From a bacterium (GTDB lineage: Bacteria > Patescibacteriota > Andersenbacteria > UBA10190), in contig JBDRMS010000005.1 of assembly GCA_043811915.1 (NCBI GenBank), forward strand, positions 41,300 through 105,299: a DNA stretch of 64,000 nucleotides, given 5' to 3'. The notes below the pieces were generated by a model. The model was not told where the DNA came from, ran no database searches, and saw only the letters and a program-made list of their open reading frames with translations. Position 1 is the stretch's first letter; every line of letters begins with the position of its first letter. Below, piece after piece: positions 47,194-57,085 of the stretch. The translations under genes were made by a program, and so were the position numbers.

Positions 47194-48999
47194 CTAATGT
47201 TGCACTTTCTCCGCAGAAACATCAAGAGAAACATCAAGCGGTTCCACAATCATGTTTTCTATTAATTCTCTCCGCGGCAGCAGCGGTTCAGAATCTTCCA
47301 GCGGCCGGCCGAATTTCACTTGCGGTAGCACCCGGTGAGATATATCAACCTTCACCACACAAAACGTCGGGCCGGGATTCTCCAAACAAGCACCTATCGC
47401 TTTTTGCAGCATATCATTCTTCTCTACGACCACCGTTTTAAAGCCGAACGCCCGGGCAATTTTTCCCCAATCTGGAAATGACAGTCCGCTGGCAACGGAT
47501 GACGCCTCATACTTTGAATTCAGCCATTGATCCTGTGTCTGTTGAATCATGCCATAGCCCTGATTGTCCAATACAAATATCTTAATCGGCGCTTTGTGCC
47601 GTATCACCGTGGCCAGCTCCTGCATATTCATCATTAGGCTGCCATCACCCGTCACACAAATGACAGGGGACTTGCTTCCCGCTAAACTAACACCCATCGC
47701 CGCCGGCAGCGCCCAGCCCATCGCCGTGTAGTTAAAGTCATGCCACAGCCGTTGATTCTTCTTAAACTCAAACCCCTGCATCATCCAAGCCACCGTACAT
47801 CCCGTATCGACAACCAGTTTTTCTCCTTCCCGGCACCGCTTTGATAATTCTTTAACAAAAACATAAGGATTAACTTTCTTCTCGTCGTAATATTCAGGCG
47901 CACATACCGGATATCGTTCTTTCCAATTGCTTATTCTGTTCCGCCAGGCCGCGTAATTTATACCGGCAGGTTTGGGCAGCATCTCGTTCAACGACATTAA
48001 AAATTTCTTTGCTTCAGCCTTTATCAGCAAGTCCGCCTTCATTCCATAATAGTCATATTTCCCTAATTCATTGTTATCCACGTCTACCACAATTTTTTTT
48101 GCCCCCCGTGCAAATGTATCCATCCCCCCCGTGGCTCGCGTGTCCAATCGACAACCAATAGATAATACCAAGTCAGCGTTTTGCACCGCAAAATTTCCGT
48201 ACCGCGTCCCGTGCGTGCCAAAAGTGCCAATTAAGTTTGGGTTGCTCGCCGGCAACAAGTCCGCCACCGCCCACGTCAACGCCACCGGTATTTTTATTTT
48301 TTCTATCAACTGCGCCGCCTGGTCTTCCGCCTGCGCCAGTCTCACTCCCCACCCCAAGATCATCACCGGCCGCTCCGCTTTTTCTATTAATAACACACTC
48401 TTTCGCAAATCCTGCACATCAACTACTGCCGGCACCTCCGCCTTAGGTTTATACAACTTTAACTTCTTGGGATCTATCATCTTACGCTGCAAATCATCCG
48501 GTATATCAATAAGCACCGGTCCCGGCCGATCCTGTTTGGCTATATATGCCGCCTTGTCCAACTCATACCCAATCATATATGGATCAGTAATTTTCACGGC
48601 ATACTTTGTCACCGGCCGAAAAATATCCACCGTATCCGTTTCCTGAAAGCCCATCTGTCTCACTCCTGTGTGTTCCCTAAACCGAAAAGTAGCCACCTGC
48701 CCGGTTAAAAACATAACTGGTACTGAATCGTAATAAGCGCCGGCCGCCCCTGTTAACATGTTCGTCGACCCGGGCCCACTAGTGCCAATGCTTACGCCCA
48801 GTCCCCCGCTGGCTCTGGCGTAAGCATCAGCCGCGAAAGCGCCGGCCTGCTCGTGGGCCGGACATACATATTCAATGCCTTTTGTTTTAGCAATACCATC
48901 AATCAGGTGCAGCGACGCGCCTCCGGTTATAGCAAAAACGTGCCCGACCTCCGCCTTTTTTAACCATTCTGCGACATATTCTGCCAATTTCACGACCAT
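47194..48999 (-). CDS. ThDP-dependent acetolactate-synthase-like enzyme (YerE-type candidate)
   Basis: N-terminal Pyr domain VGHVFAITGGASLHLIDG...CPAHEQAGAFAADAYAR...GTSGPGSTNMLTGAAGAY. C-terminal PP domain GDGSLMMN. Length 601 aa. Confidence 0.8.
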   Translation of the reverse strand: MVVKLAEYVAEWLKKAEVGHVFAITGGASLHLIDGIAKTKGIEYVCPAHEQAGAFAADAYARASGGLGVSIGTSGPGSTNMLTGAAGAYYDSVPVMFLTGQVATFRFREHTGVRQMGFQETDTVDIFRPVTKYAVKITDPYMIGYELDKAAYIAKQDRPGPVLIDIPDDLQRKMIDPKKLKLYKPKAEVPAVVDVQDLRKSVLLIEKAERPVMILGWGVRLAQAEDQAAQLIEKIKIPVALTWAVADLLPASNPNLIGTFGTHGTRYGNFAVQNADLVLSIGCRLDTRATGGMDTFARGAKKIVVDVDNNELGKYDYYGMKADLLIKAEAKKFLMSLNEMLPKPAGINYAAWRNRISNWKERYPVCAPEYYDEKKVNPYVFVKELSKRCREGEKLVVDTGCTVAWMMQGFEFKKNQRLWHDFNYTAMGWALPAAMGVSLAGSKSPVICVTGDGSLMMNMQELATVIRHKAPIKIFVLDNQGYGMIQQTQDQWLNSKYEASSVASGLSFPDWGKIARAFGFKTVVVEKNDMLQKAIGACLENPGPTFCVVKVDISHRVLPQVKFGRPLEDSEPLLPRRELIENMIVEPLDVSLDVSAEKVQH

Positions 49000-49853
49000 G
49001 GCATAGCCGACTTAAGAGATATAAACAATGTTCCGTCGTGATATGAATACGGCATTTCAGATACCGCGCCAACCCGCCCCCAGTTAATCTTTTGCGAGTA
49101 CATATTAACTCCCAATTCCCTTAAATGCTCGAATATAGTTCTGGCTTTCTCCTCGCTGCCAATTTCAACCAGCATATCCGTGTTTTGCCACTGCTCCAAA
49201 GTTGTCGCCAACAAGGCTTTATCCTCGTGTCCTTCAATATCCAGTTTTACCAGGTCGGCCCAATCCATAATTTCGCTTATCGGTGCCGTCCTGACATCAA
49301 TATAATTTAATTCTCCGTAAGGATCCGGCTTGCCCCCTTTTATATGACTTCCGGTGGTATTACCTAACACCCGGATAAATTCAGCCTTCCCTGCTTTGTC
49401 GGACACGGCCACCGGCCTGATCTCAACATTGGCACAGTTGTTAAGCTTTAAACGCCTTTCAATTTCAGTCACGTGTTCCAGGTCAGGCTCATAAGCCCTT
49501 ACCTCATAATCGCATCGGCTCAACACAAGCGAATGCAGCCCAATGTTAGCCCCTGCGTCCACTACTTTTCGATATCTTTTTCTGTTATGCCAGTAAAAAC
49601 TGAAGATGATTATTTCCTCAATATCAAACAAGTCAACGGAATCAATTGCTCCCATTTTGTGATAAGGAAAAATAAGTTTGCCAAACGGAGCAAAATCTCT
49701 TTTTATCCCCGTTACAGCAGAAAATTTTCCCGCTGCCTCTTTTCTGGCCAGAGCCCGCCAACTATTATGCAGCTCCGTTCCAGGTGCATGCTGCGAGCTC
49801 AAATAGGGCAGTGTCGTTATTAGTTCGGTTAATGTCGCCGGCTTCTGCCTCAC
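48990..49853 (-). CDS. FkbM-family methyltransferase
   Basis: VVDAGANIGLHSLVLS ... AYEP ... the FkbM core. Confidence 0.7.
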   Translation of the reverse strand: MRQKPATLTELITTLPYLSSQHAPGTELHNSWRALARKEAAGKFSAVTGIKRDFAPFGKLIFPYHKMGAIDSVDLFDIEEIIIFSFYWHNRKRYRKVVDAGANIGLHSLVLSRCDYEVRAYEPDLEHVTEIERRLKLNNCANVEIRPVAVSDKAGKAEFIRVLGNTTGSHIKGGKPDPYGELNYIDVRTAPISEIMDWADLVKLDIEGHEDKALLATTLEQWQNTDMLVEIGSEEKARTIFEHLRELGVNMYSQKINWGRVGAVSEMPYSYHDGTLFISLKSAMPWS

Positions 49854-49870
49854 ATCCTTATCTTATATTA

Positions 49871-50647
49871 TTAATTGCCATACCTACGCAGCTTATACAT
49901 ATTTCTGTCCTCTGCCAAAACTCTGTTAAGCCTGTCACTGCCCCAGTCATCACAAGCTGCGCTTATATTTCTTCCTCCCACTTCTTCTCTTGGCGACCGT
50001 GCCACCCAGTCGATGCAATCTAATACCTTATTTATGGGTGTCATCTCGCCTCCAGATAACATTTCCTTTGTCCGCTGCAGGTTGTCCCCCGCCCGCTCTC
50101 CCGCCCGCAAAGTTTCCTTATGAATTTTTGTTTTCACCCAGCCCGGCCCGATCACCGTAAAGCAGACATCGTTCATTTCCGCATCCAGCAGCTCCGCCAT
50201 TTTTATCAAGGCGATCTTCGACACCGTGTAAGCCGAGTAATTAATCGGCGCATTATTGACACCGCCCCCGGCAAACCATAACACCGTTGGACCGGTCGCC
50301 GTGGTCTTGGCTCTCACCGGCAGCAAGCCATGCACCAAGCGCATCTGTCTGACAAAGTTTATTAATACAGACCGCTCCCACTCATTTATATCGTTATCTG
50401 AAAATTTACCGATCGGCTCCAGGCTGCCGGGGCACATAACCAGTATCTCCCAACCTTTCCCTGTCTTCTGTAATTTCTCTGCCGCCTTGTCCACGCTAAC
50501 CGCGTCAGACAAATCACATCTGACATAGTCCGATTTTCCCAAAGACGTGCCCAGCACTTCAACCCCTTTTTTCATCCAGCGTTTCGCCAGCGCAGACCCT
50601 ATATCACTATCAATGCCGGCGATTACAGCCTTACGCAGCGTGAACAT
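49871..50647 (-). CDS. short-chain dehydrogenase/reductase (SDR)
   Basis: AVIAGIDSDIGSALAKR (T/G-G-x-x-x-GIG-like), YTVSKIALIKM (Y-x-x-x-K). Confidence 0.65.
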   Translation of the reverse strand: MFTLRKAVIAGIDSDIGSALAKRWMKKGVEVLGTSLGKSDYVRCDLSDAVSVDKAAEKLQKTGKGWEILVMCPGSLEPIGKFSDNDINEWERSVLINFVRQMRLVHGLLPVRAKTTATGPTVLWFAGGGVNNAPINYSAYTVSKIALIKMAELLDAEMNDVCFTVIGPGWVKTKIHKETLRAGERAGDNLQRTKEMLSGGEMTPINKVLDCIDWVARSPREEVGGRNISAACDDWGSDRLNRVLAEDRNMYKLRRYGN

Positions 50648-51626
50648 ATTCCAGCGACTGTTTCTTTATCTCCACCCAGTTTTCTTCTACCCAATCAATT
50701 GCTTCCGTAAGCCCCTGTGTCAGTAAAATCTCCGGCTGCCAGTTAAATTCACCCCTGGCCTTGCTCGAATCCAGCATATAGGCGTCGTCGTGTCCCATCC
50801 GCGCCCCCGCCTCTTCGGTCACCTTGCTAAAATCATAGCCCGTTATATCACAAATCTGCTTTACCAAATCTCTGATTCTAATAGTATCGTCCGGGGACAC
50901 ATGATAAACCTCGCCAGGTAGTCCCTTAAACATGCCCTCAACGTAAGCCCTGGCTACATCCCGCACGTGAATAAAAGATCGCACTGCTGTTCCACCTCCG
51001 TGTAATTGCAAGGTTTTACCTAGCTTTAAGTAAATAGCGGTTCGAGGAACAATTTTAAAAAGCTGCTGCCCCGCCCCGTAAACATTGCTGGCCCGCATAT
51101 AAACTACGGGGAAATGATAATTTTTATAGAAAGTGTTCAGCAGCAAATCAAAAGCCGCTTTAGACGCCGCGTACGGTGTAGATGGATTCAGCGGCGCCGT
51201 CTCATCAATCTTGCCCGTTACTGACCCATAAACCTCCGGCGTTGAAATTTGCGTGAATTTCTTCAGGCTCGGCAATTGCCGCAAAAAATCCGCCAACTCC
51301 GTCAGCGCCGTAACATTAGTCTGCATCCACTGCACCGGATTATCCCAACTCTGCGCCACTTCGCTCAAGGCTGCCAGGTTCATCACATAATCGGGTTGTT
51401 CTGATGCTAACACTACTTTCAAGGCGTCCATGTCCTTATTTATATCCGCCTTGAAAAAACGAAAGCTGGATAGATCGCGCTTAACATACGGCAGAAACAT
51501 CTCTGGCTTTTCCTCTCGATCAATTCCTAATACTTGATGCTTCCCCGCCGCCAGCAGTTCATCCACCACATAAGCCCCTGTAAACGAATTACACCCGATA
51601 ATAGCCACCTTGTGCATACAAACCAT
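50631..51626 (-). CDS. NAD-dependent sugar-nucleotide 4,6-dehydratase/epimerase (RmlB-like)
   Basis: VAIIGCNSFTGAYVVDEL, YAASKAAFDLLLNTF (Y-x-x-x-K), ASNVYGAGQ. Confidence 0.8.
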   Translation of the reverse strand: MVCMHKVAIIGCNSFTGAYVVDELLAAGKHQVLGIDREEKPEMFLPYVKRDLSSFRFFKADINKDMDALKVVLASEQPDYVMNLAALSEVAQSWDNPVQWMQTNVTALTELADFLRQLPSLKKFTQISTPEVYGSVTGKIDETAPLNPSTPYAASKAAFDLLLNTFYKNYHFPVVYMRASNVYGAGQQLFKIVPRTAIYLKLGKTLQLHGGGTAVRSFIHVRDVARAYVEGMFKGLPGEVYHVSPDDTIRIRDLVKQICDITGYDFSKVTEEAGARMGHDDAYMLDSSKARGEFNWQPEILLTQGLTEAIDWVEENWVEIKKQSLEYVHAA

Positions 51627-51646
51627 CTTATGATATCCTTTTCAGC

Positions 51647-52540
51647 TTGTACACTTCACACCAAATAATGGAGAATAAAAACATGAAGAACGTTCTGGAA
51701 ACACTTGAAGAAGCATGTCGAGCTGCAGGTAAAATTTCTCTGCCTCGGCAAGGTAATGTTGAAATCGCCGTTGTCAAGAGTGCGGGTGACTATGCCACCA
51801 CTTCCGATATCGACGCCGGCACCACTATGACAGCGATAATCAATGAGCAACTGCCCGACATTCCCATCGTCCCCGAGGAAAACAAGACCGACCAAGTAGA
51901 TGAGCAGTTCTGGGCCGAACGCCAAGCCATGCTCGACAACGGCACCTTCATCCTAATGGACGACCTTGACGCCACCGTCCGCTACCGCCACGGCGGCGAA
52001 GACTGGGGACACATACTTGGCCTAGTACAAAACAACGTCCTCACCCACTGTGCCATGTTCATGCCCGCCCGCGACGTCATGGTGTTAGCCGAACTCGACA
52101 AAGGTTGCTTCGTCAACGGCACGCAGGTACGTCTCAACCCAGACCTCAAGGTCCAGGACTCCCTACTGTGCATGACAGTCCACAAAGACGTTGACCTCGC
52201 CTTCCACCGCGACGTGGTTACCCCCATCGTCTACAGTGTTGGACCCGGCGGCTATGTCTGTTTTAACTCTAACATCGGCGGCGTGGTCAGATTGGTACAG
52301 GGCGAGCTGGGCGGTTTCATCGGCTGTGGCCACAACTGGGACTTTGTCGGTGCTCTGGCTGTTCAGGAGGCCAGCGGAATTGCCCTCTCACCCACTGGTC
52401 AGGAGCTGAATTGGAACAAAATCCCCATGGTCATGGTCGCCGCTGCCAACCGCCAAATTGCCAATGCTATGCTCGCCCACACTAGAGCCTACCTGCACTA
52501 CCAAGAACACTTCTGGGGCAACCCCAAATTTCAAAGCTGA
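51647..52540 (+). CDS. inositol-monophosphatase-family sugar-phosphate phosphatase (CysQ/SuhB-like)
   Basis: FILMDDLDATVRYRHG resembles the DPIDGT metal motif. WDFVGALAVQEASG resembles the WD-x-AAG motif. Confidence 0.6.
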   Translation: MYTSHQIMENKNMKNVLETLEEACRAAGKISLPRQGNVEIAVVKSAGDYATTSDIDAGTTMTAIINEQLPDIPIVPEENKTDQVDEQFWAERQAMLDNGTFILMDDLDATVRYRHGGEDWGHILGLVQNNVLTHCAMFMPARDVMVLAELDKGCFVNGTQVRLNPDLKVQDSLLCMTVHKDVDLAFHRDVVTPIVYSVGPGGYVCFNSNIGGVVRLVQGELGGFIGCGHNWDFVGALAVQEASGIALSPTGQELNWNKIPMVMVAAANRQIANAMLAHTRAYLHYQEHFWGNPKFQS

Positions 52541-52564
52541 ATTCTCTTGAGCTTTTACCTCACC

Positions 52565-52595
52565 CCGGCCGCCCATCCCGCGACCGGTTTTTTTT
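52565..52595 (+). terminator. intrinsic terminator after the phosphatase gene
   Basis: GC-rich stem CCGGCCGC/GCGACCGG (one mismatch) with a 7-nt loop, followed by TTTTTTTT. Confidence 0.6.
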
Positions 52596-52680
52596 GACAA
52601 ATACTCCAAAATACTCAACACTAAACAGCCGTTCGTTGACAAACAAATAACCTCGTTCCTTTAGAAAAGGAGTGCGTTCA

Positions 52681-53904
52681 ATGGCATTCAATGCCTGGTA
52701 CCAACCCAACTGTCACGCCGAGCGTTTTGTCTTCGTTGGCTGCGTGCACAAGACCGATGCCAACATTCTTTCCCGCCTGGCCCAGGTCACCGCCAACCCG
52801 CCAGACTATCTGATTTTCACCGGCGACGTCACTGGTTCCGAAGAGCTGGAAGAGTTCAAACGTCTATTCTACAATCACGTCTACAACAGAGCCCGCCGCG
52901 AACTCGGCATCGGCACCTCCGCCGAGCAGAACATCACCTACGCCGAACTACTAGGCTATGTCGGCCACGACCCACCCAGCCCCGACCACACACTAGCCGA
53001 CGGCTACCGCGATTTGATGCACTACCAGTTGCGTCTTGAAGGCTTAAGCTCAACTGAAGCAGACAAACGTGTATCAACCCTAGAAAGCAACGAAATTGCC
53101 TACGGCATTCACCACATCGCCCGCGATTTCGAGTACTACGGCCCCTGGGTCAAAACTCTACCAGAAGCAGTCCGCCGCGGTGTGGTAGCCACCCTCAAGC
53201 AGGACGCCGAGAAGCTGGTCGCCGCCATCAAACCTATGCAGGACGCCGGCACCAAAATAATCATGGTCGGCGGCAATTGGGACGACGCGGGGAACACAGC
53301 CGACAACATGATCGGCGAGGGTATCGAAGTATTCGACACTATCCCATTCTTTCGCGAACACGGCATCGAGTTCTTTGACCAGATTGGATACCAAGTCACC
53401 AAACGAACCATCCTGGTGATCCTGCCGTACTGGGAATTACAAAACTTCACAGAAAAAAGCAGCACTAGGCTCGAGCATGCTATAGCTACAGCCGACAGGG
53501 AAAAACCCGGCAAAACTATTATCACTGTCGCTCACGGAGCACCTACTTGGCAAGTCCACAACCCCAACGCCGTTGACGAACCCACCGGAGACCGAAAGAC
53601 CATCATTGACACACTCGGCAGGCTCCTGGCCAGAATCGAGCCGGACGAAGTTATTCACGGACATGAGCACAACCCACTGAAGAGCAGCGTTGAAAACCCT
53701 CTTCCGCTCAACACCCACTACATATTGCAGACCGACGATGGCAAAACTCATCTTGTTGAAAATCGAAAACACTTCGGTCGGCCCGGCCAAATCATCGGCT
53801 CATACATTCCGTTCCAGCAATTTGGCATGTTGAACATTCCCCTGAAAACTGACTCCCGCCCCCGGCTGTTCAGCGGCGACCGAGAACCCGTCCACGTCTT
53901 TTGA
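52681..53904 (+). CDS. calcineurin-like metallophosphoesterase
   Basis: FVGCVHK (D/G-x-H), FTGDVTGS (GD-x-x), MVGGNWDD (GN[HW]D), and HGHEH. A strong Shine-Dalgarno (AAAGGAG) sits 7 nt upstream of the ATG at 52681. Confidence 0.65.
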   Translation: MAFNAWYQPNCHAERFVFVGCVHKTDANILSRLAQVTANPPDYLIFTGDVTGSEELEEFKRLFYNHVYNRARRELGIGTSAEQNITYAELLGYVGHDPPSPDHTLADGYRDLMHYQLRLEGLSSTEADKRVSTLESNEIAYGIHHIARDFEYYGPWVKTLPEAVRRGVVATLKQDAEKLVAAIKPMQDAGTKIIMVGGNWDDAGNTADNMIGEGIEVFDTIPFFREHGIEFFDQIGYQVTKRTILVILPYWELQNFTEKSSTRLEHAIATADREKPGKTIITVAHGAPTWQVHNPNAVDEPTGDRKTIIDTLGRLLARIEPDEVIHGHEHNPLKSSVENPLPLNTHYILQTDDGKTHLVENRKHFGRPGQIIGSYIPFQQFGMLNIPLKTDSRPRLFSGDREPVHVF

Positions 53905-53910
53905 ACCCTC

Positions 53911-53945
53911 AAACTCTGGCAGTCTTAACTCCCAGAGTTTTTTTA
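53911..53945. terminator. bidirectional terminator-like hairpin between convergent genes
   Basis: AAACTCTGG and CCAGAGTTT form a 9-bp stem followed by TTTTTT. The hairpin overlaps the stop codon of the E1-beta gene. Confidence 0.5.
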
Positions 53946-54992
53946 AAACGGCCCGGTGAACGACTTATCCGGCACGTCGTGCGGCACCGCATTTTTCGCC
54001 TCCGCATTCTGCCAGCGTCTCCCTGACACCGCCTCCACTATCGTCCGATATGTCGGGTAATATTCCTTCGTCAGCGCCGGCGAAGACGGCGTCGGCATAT
54101 CCAGCAAGGCAATGCGCTGCGGCACTCTCTTTAACGATGCAAACATTTTCTCCGTTACCCGCGCTATAATTTCTCCGGCCGCCCCTCCCGTCTGCCAGCT
54201 CGAGTCGACTACTACGAGCCTGCCCGTCTTTTTCACCGAGGAAAAAATCATCTCGTCGTCCAGCGGCTTAATCGTCCTTAAATCAATTAAATCAACACCA
54301 ATTCCCTGATCTTTGAGTATTCGGGCTGCTCGCAATGCTTCAACTGTCATGTAAGAGCTGGCCACTATAGTCACATCACCGCCCTCATTAACAACTTTCG
54401 CCTTCCCCAGCGGCACTTGATATCTCCCCTCCGGCACCCTGCCCGAAAGCCCATGAATCCACCGGTGCTCCAGAAAAATCACCGGGTTATTGTCTTCAAT
54501 ACTGGCTAGCAGCAACCCTTTGGCATCATACGCCGTAGCCGGCATTACCACTTTCAAGCCCGGTATATGGGCAAACAACGCCTGTAAATTCTGTGAATGC
54601 TGCGCCCCTTGACCCCAACCACGTCCAATAATCATCCTGATAACCAATGGCACCGAAGACACCCCGCCAAACATAAAGTGCCACTTGGCCGCATTATTAA
54701 TAATCTGCTCCAGCGCATACAAAGAAAAATCTACCCGCTGATGCGTCATGATCGGCCGCAAACCTTTTAGCGCCGCCCCAATACACATGCCGGTAACAGC
54801 ATTTTCCGATACCGGCATGTCCATTACTCGTTTCTCCCCGTACTTTTCTTTCAAGCCCAGAGTGGTACCAAATATGCCCTTAGGGTCCGGCGTTCCTTCG
54901 CCAATAATAAACACTCTGTCATCAGCTGCCATGGCCTGGTCCATCGCCTCCCTAATCGCCTCCGCACATGTTATTTCCCGCTCACGGAGCAT
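53943..54992 (-). CDS. ThDP-dependent dehydrogenase E1 beta subunit (transketolase-like C-terminal half; AcoB/PdhB-like)
   Basis: N-terminal REAIREAMDQAM..DDRVFIIGE and the transketolase Pyr-domain motifs MDMPVSENAVTGMCIGAALKGLRPI. Length 349 aa. Confidence 0.85.
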   Translation of the reverse strand: MLREREITCAEAIREAMDQAMAADDRVFIIGEGTPDPKGIFGTTLGLKEKYGEKRVMDMPVSENAVTGMCIGAALKGLRPIMTHQRVDFSLYALEQIINNAAKWHFMFGGVSSVPLVIRMIIGRGWGQGAQHSQNLQALFAHIPGLKVVMPATAYDAKGLLLASIEDNNPVIFLEHRWIHGLSGRVPEGRYQVPLGKAKVVNEGGDVTIVASSYMTVEALRAARILKDQGIGVDLIDLRTIKPLDDEMIFSSVKKTGRLVVVDSSWQTGGAAGEIIARVTEKMFASLKRVPQRIALLDMPTPSSPALTKEYYPTYRTIVEAVSGRRWQNAEAKNAVPHDVPDKSFTGPF

Positions 54993-56007
54993 ATACGTCT
55001 TCTTCTAAAAGAGAGTCTTCCTCTGGAAACGGACTTTCTTTGGCAAACTCGACAGCCTTGTCAATCTCTTCATTGATTATTTTTTCCATATTAGCCAGCC
55101 CGAGACCACCCGTGCCCTTAAGCTTATTTAGCGGGTCTTTCTTCTTCCACGCCAAAAACTCCTCTTCTGTCCGATACCCTAAGTCATTGTCATAATTTGG
55201 TCCGCAGTGTTCACGCCAGCGGTAAGTTGCCAATTCCATAAACACGGGCCCTTTACCTCCTATAACATGCTGGCGTGCTTCCCGCGCCATGCCATACACT
55301 GCCACGGCATCATTTCCATCCCCGGCAAATACCCGCAAGCCATGCGCCGAAGCTATCCCCGTCAGCTCCCTCTTTGGCTGCCGCTCTTCAAGAGGAGTGT
55401 AAACCGAGTACAGATTGTTTTCGCACACATAAATAATTGGCAGTTTATGCAACACGGAAAAATTCATGCACTCATGCCACACTCCTTCTTCTGTTGCTCC
55501 CTCGCCCATAAAGACAACGGTGATGTATTGTTTGTCCTCTAGTTTTGCCGCCCAAGCCACACCCGTGGCTACAGGCACAATATTTGTCACAATTGGTGTT
55601 GAACCCAAAAAATTCACTGCTTGATCAATTAAATGCATGGACCCTCCTCTTCCCTGGCAGCAACCCGTGGCCTTGCCATAAATTTCCGCCAGCATTCTTT
55701 TTAAATCCCCGCCCTTAGCCAAATAATGTCCGTGCGCCCGATGCCCGCTCATCACCACATCCTCCGGTTCCAAAGCCTCACACACTCCCGCGGCACACGC
55801 CTCCTGCCCAATACACAAATGCACCGGGCATCTCATCTCCTGTTCGGAGTAAAGTTCTGCAATTCGTTCTTCAACTAAACGAATCCGGAGAACACTGTAA
55901 AGAAGTCGACGGGTGGCGCCGGGCGGGGGCCCCCCGCCGCGCGCCCGCAGCCGATGCGAGGACGCGCGGTGGGAGTGAAGACCGGCGACAGGACCCGTTG
56001 ACTTCAT
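54982..56007 (-). CDS. ThDP-dependent dehydrogenase E1 alpha subunit (AcoA/PdhA-like) with an anomalous GC-rich N-terminal extension
   Basis: IRLVEERIAELYSEQEMRCPVHLCIGQEA and the ThDP-binding GDGATEEGVWHECMNFS. The first roughly 34 codons (MKSTGPVAGLHSHRASSHRLRARGGGPPPGATRR) are encoded by an approximately 80%-GC patch. Confidence 0.75.
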   Translation of the reverse strand: MKSTGPVAGLHSHRASSHRLRARGGGPPPGATRRLLYSVLRIRLVEERIAELYSEQEMRCPVHLCIGQEACAAGVCEALEPEDVVMSGHRAHGHYLAKGGDLKRMLAEIYGKATGCCQGRGGSMHLIDQAVNFLGSTPIVTNIVPVATGVAWAAKLEDKQYITVVFMGEGATEEGVWHECMNFSVLHKLPIIYVCENNLYSVYTPLEERQPKRELTGIASAHGLRVFAGDGNDAVAVYGMAREARQHVIGGKGPVFMELATYRWREHCGPNYDNDLGYRTEEEFLAWKKKDPLNKLKGTGGLGLANMEKIINEEIDKAVEFAKESPFPEEDSLLEEDVYAP

Positions 56008-57020
56008 ACCAATGCCTCCGCAGCCAACGACTGCATCATTTTGATATTAAAATACTTAGCATCATCCAGAGAATTTGGTATTTTACCCGCCTTGAATGCC
56101 ATCACCAAATCCGCCACCGCGTCTTCGATATTTCTCTTCGGCTCAAAGCCCAGCACCCGTTTTATTTTTTCTGATGAAATATGATACGAACGTACATCAT
56201 CCGACTTTGTAGTTTTAATTTCCATTTTTCCCAGCTCCGGCATCAGCTTCATCACCACTCGCCGCACTATTTCCGCTAATTCGGCCACCGTATAATTCTG
56301 ATAGCCGGCGTTGAACGCCTGCCCGGCAATTTTTTCTTTCGGTGCAGTCAACAGCTGCACATACAAATCCGTAATATCCTCGATATGAATATTCGGCCGC
56401 ATTTGTTTGCCGCCAAAAACCGTAATTATCTTATTATTCACGGCATGATTCGTTAAAATATTCACAGTTAGATCAAGTCGCATCCGGGGCGAATATCCGC
56501 ACACCGTAGCCGGACGAATCGATACCACCGTGAAATCATCTGTCTGCTCCTCCCACATAATATCTTCACACATGCTTTTAAAGCGATTGTAATCCGTAAT
56601 CGGCACATGAGGATGCTCTTCAGTCACGTTCAGTTTGTCGCTTATTCCGTAAACGCTGGAGCTGGCCGCAAAAATAAAACGTTTCACCCCGTGCTCTTTA
56701 CATTGCCGGATCAAAGGACGAAAAGCGTCATAATTTATGGACCGGCCAAGCTTCGGGTCCAACTCCACACTAGGATCATTGGAAATACAGGCCAAGTGAA
56801 TCACGGCTTGCACGCCCGGCAACAAACTGTCCACTAACTTACCGTCCCTAATATCTCCCTTTACCTCTCGTAAATTCGGATGCCCTTCCAACACATCATC
56901 CCCATATATATACCAATCTAATACTGTCACCTTATATCCTGCCCGCAGCAATTTTGGTACTAGTACAGCCCCCTTATACCCCGCCCCGCCCGTTACCAAC
57001 ACATTCGACATTTCTTTCAT
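56004..57020 (-). CDS. NAD-dependent epimerase/dehydratase (extended SDR)
   Basis: N-terminal VLVTGGAGYKGAVLVPKL and the layout typical of CDP/UDP-sugar epimerases. Confidence 0.8.
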   Translation of the reverse strand: MKEMSNVLVTGGAGYKGAVLVPKLLRAGYKVTVLDWYIYGDDVLEGHPNLREVKGDIRDGKLVDSLLPGVQAVIHLACISNDPSVELDPKLGRSINYDAFRPLIRQCKEHGVKRFIFAASSSVYGISDKLNVTEEHPHVPITDYNRFKSMCEDIMWEEQTDDFTVVSIRPATVCGYSPRMRLDLTVNILTNHAVNNKIITVFGGKQMRPNIHIEDITDLYVQLLTAPKEKIAGQAFNAGYQNYTVAELAEIVRRVVMKLMPELGKMEIKTTKSDDVRSYHISSEKIKRVLGFEPKRNIEDAVADLVMAFKAGKIPNSLDDAKYFNIKMMQSLAAEALV

Positions 57021-57085
57021 CCCGTCATTCTAACCTTAATTTACACCTTGTACCAAATCGCCCGCTCTTGGTACGGTAATCTGAC

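Noticed and set aside
52594-52665. Two TTGACA hexamers upstream of the metallophosphoesterase gene as promoters
   Set aside because: Neither hexamer has a good -10 element at a spacing of 16-18 nt; the best candidates are AACACT and TTTAGA. I kept only the terminator and the Shine-Dalgarno as supported.
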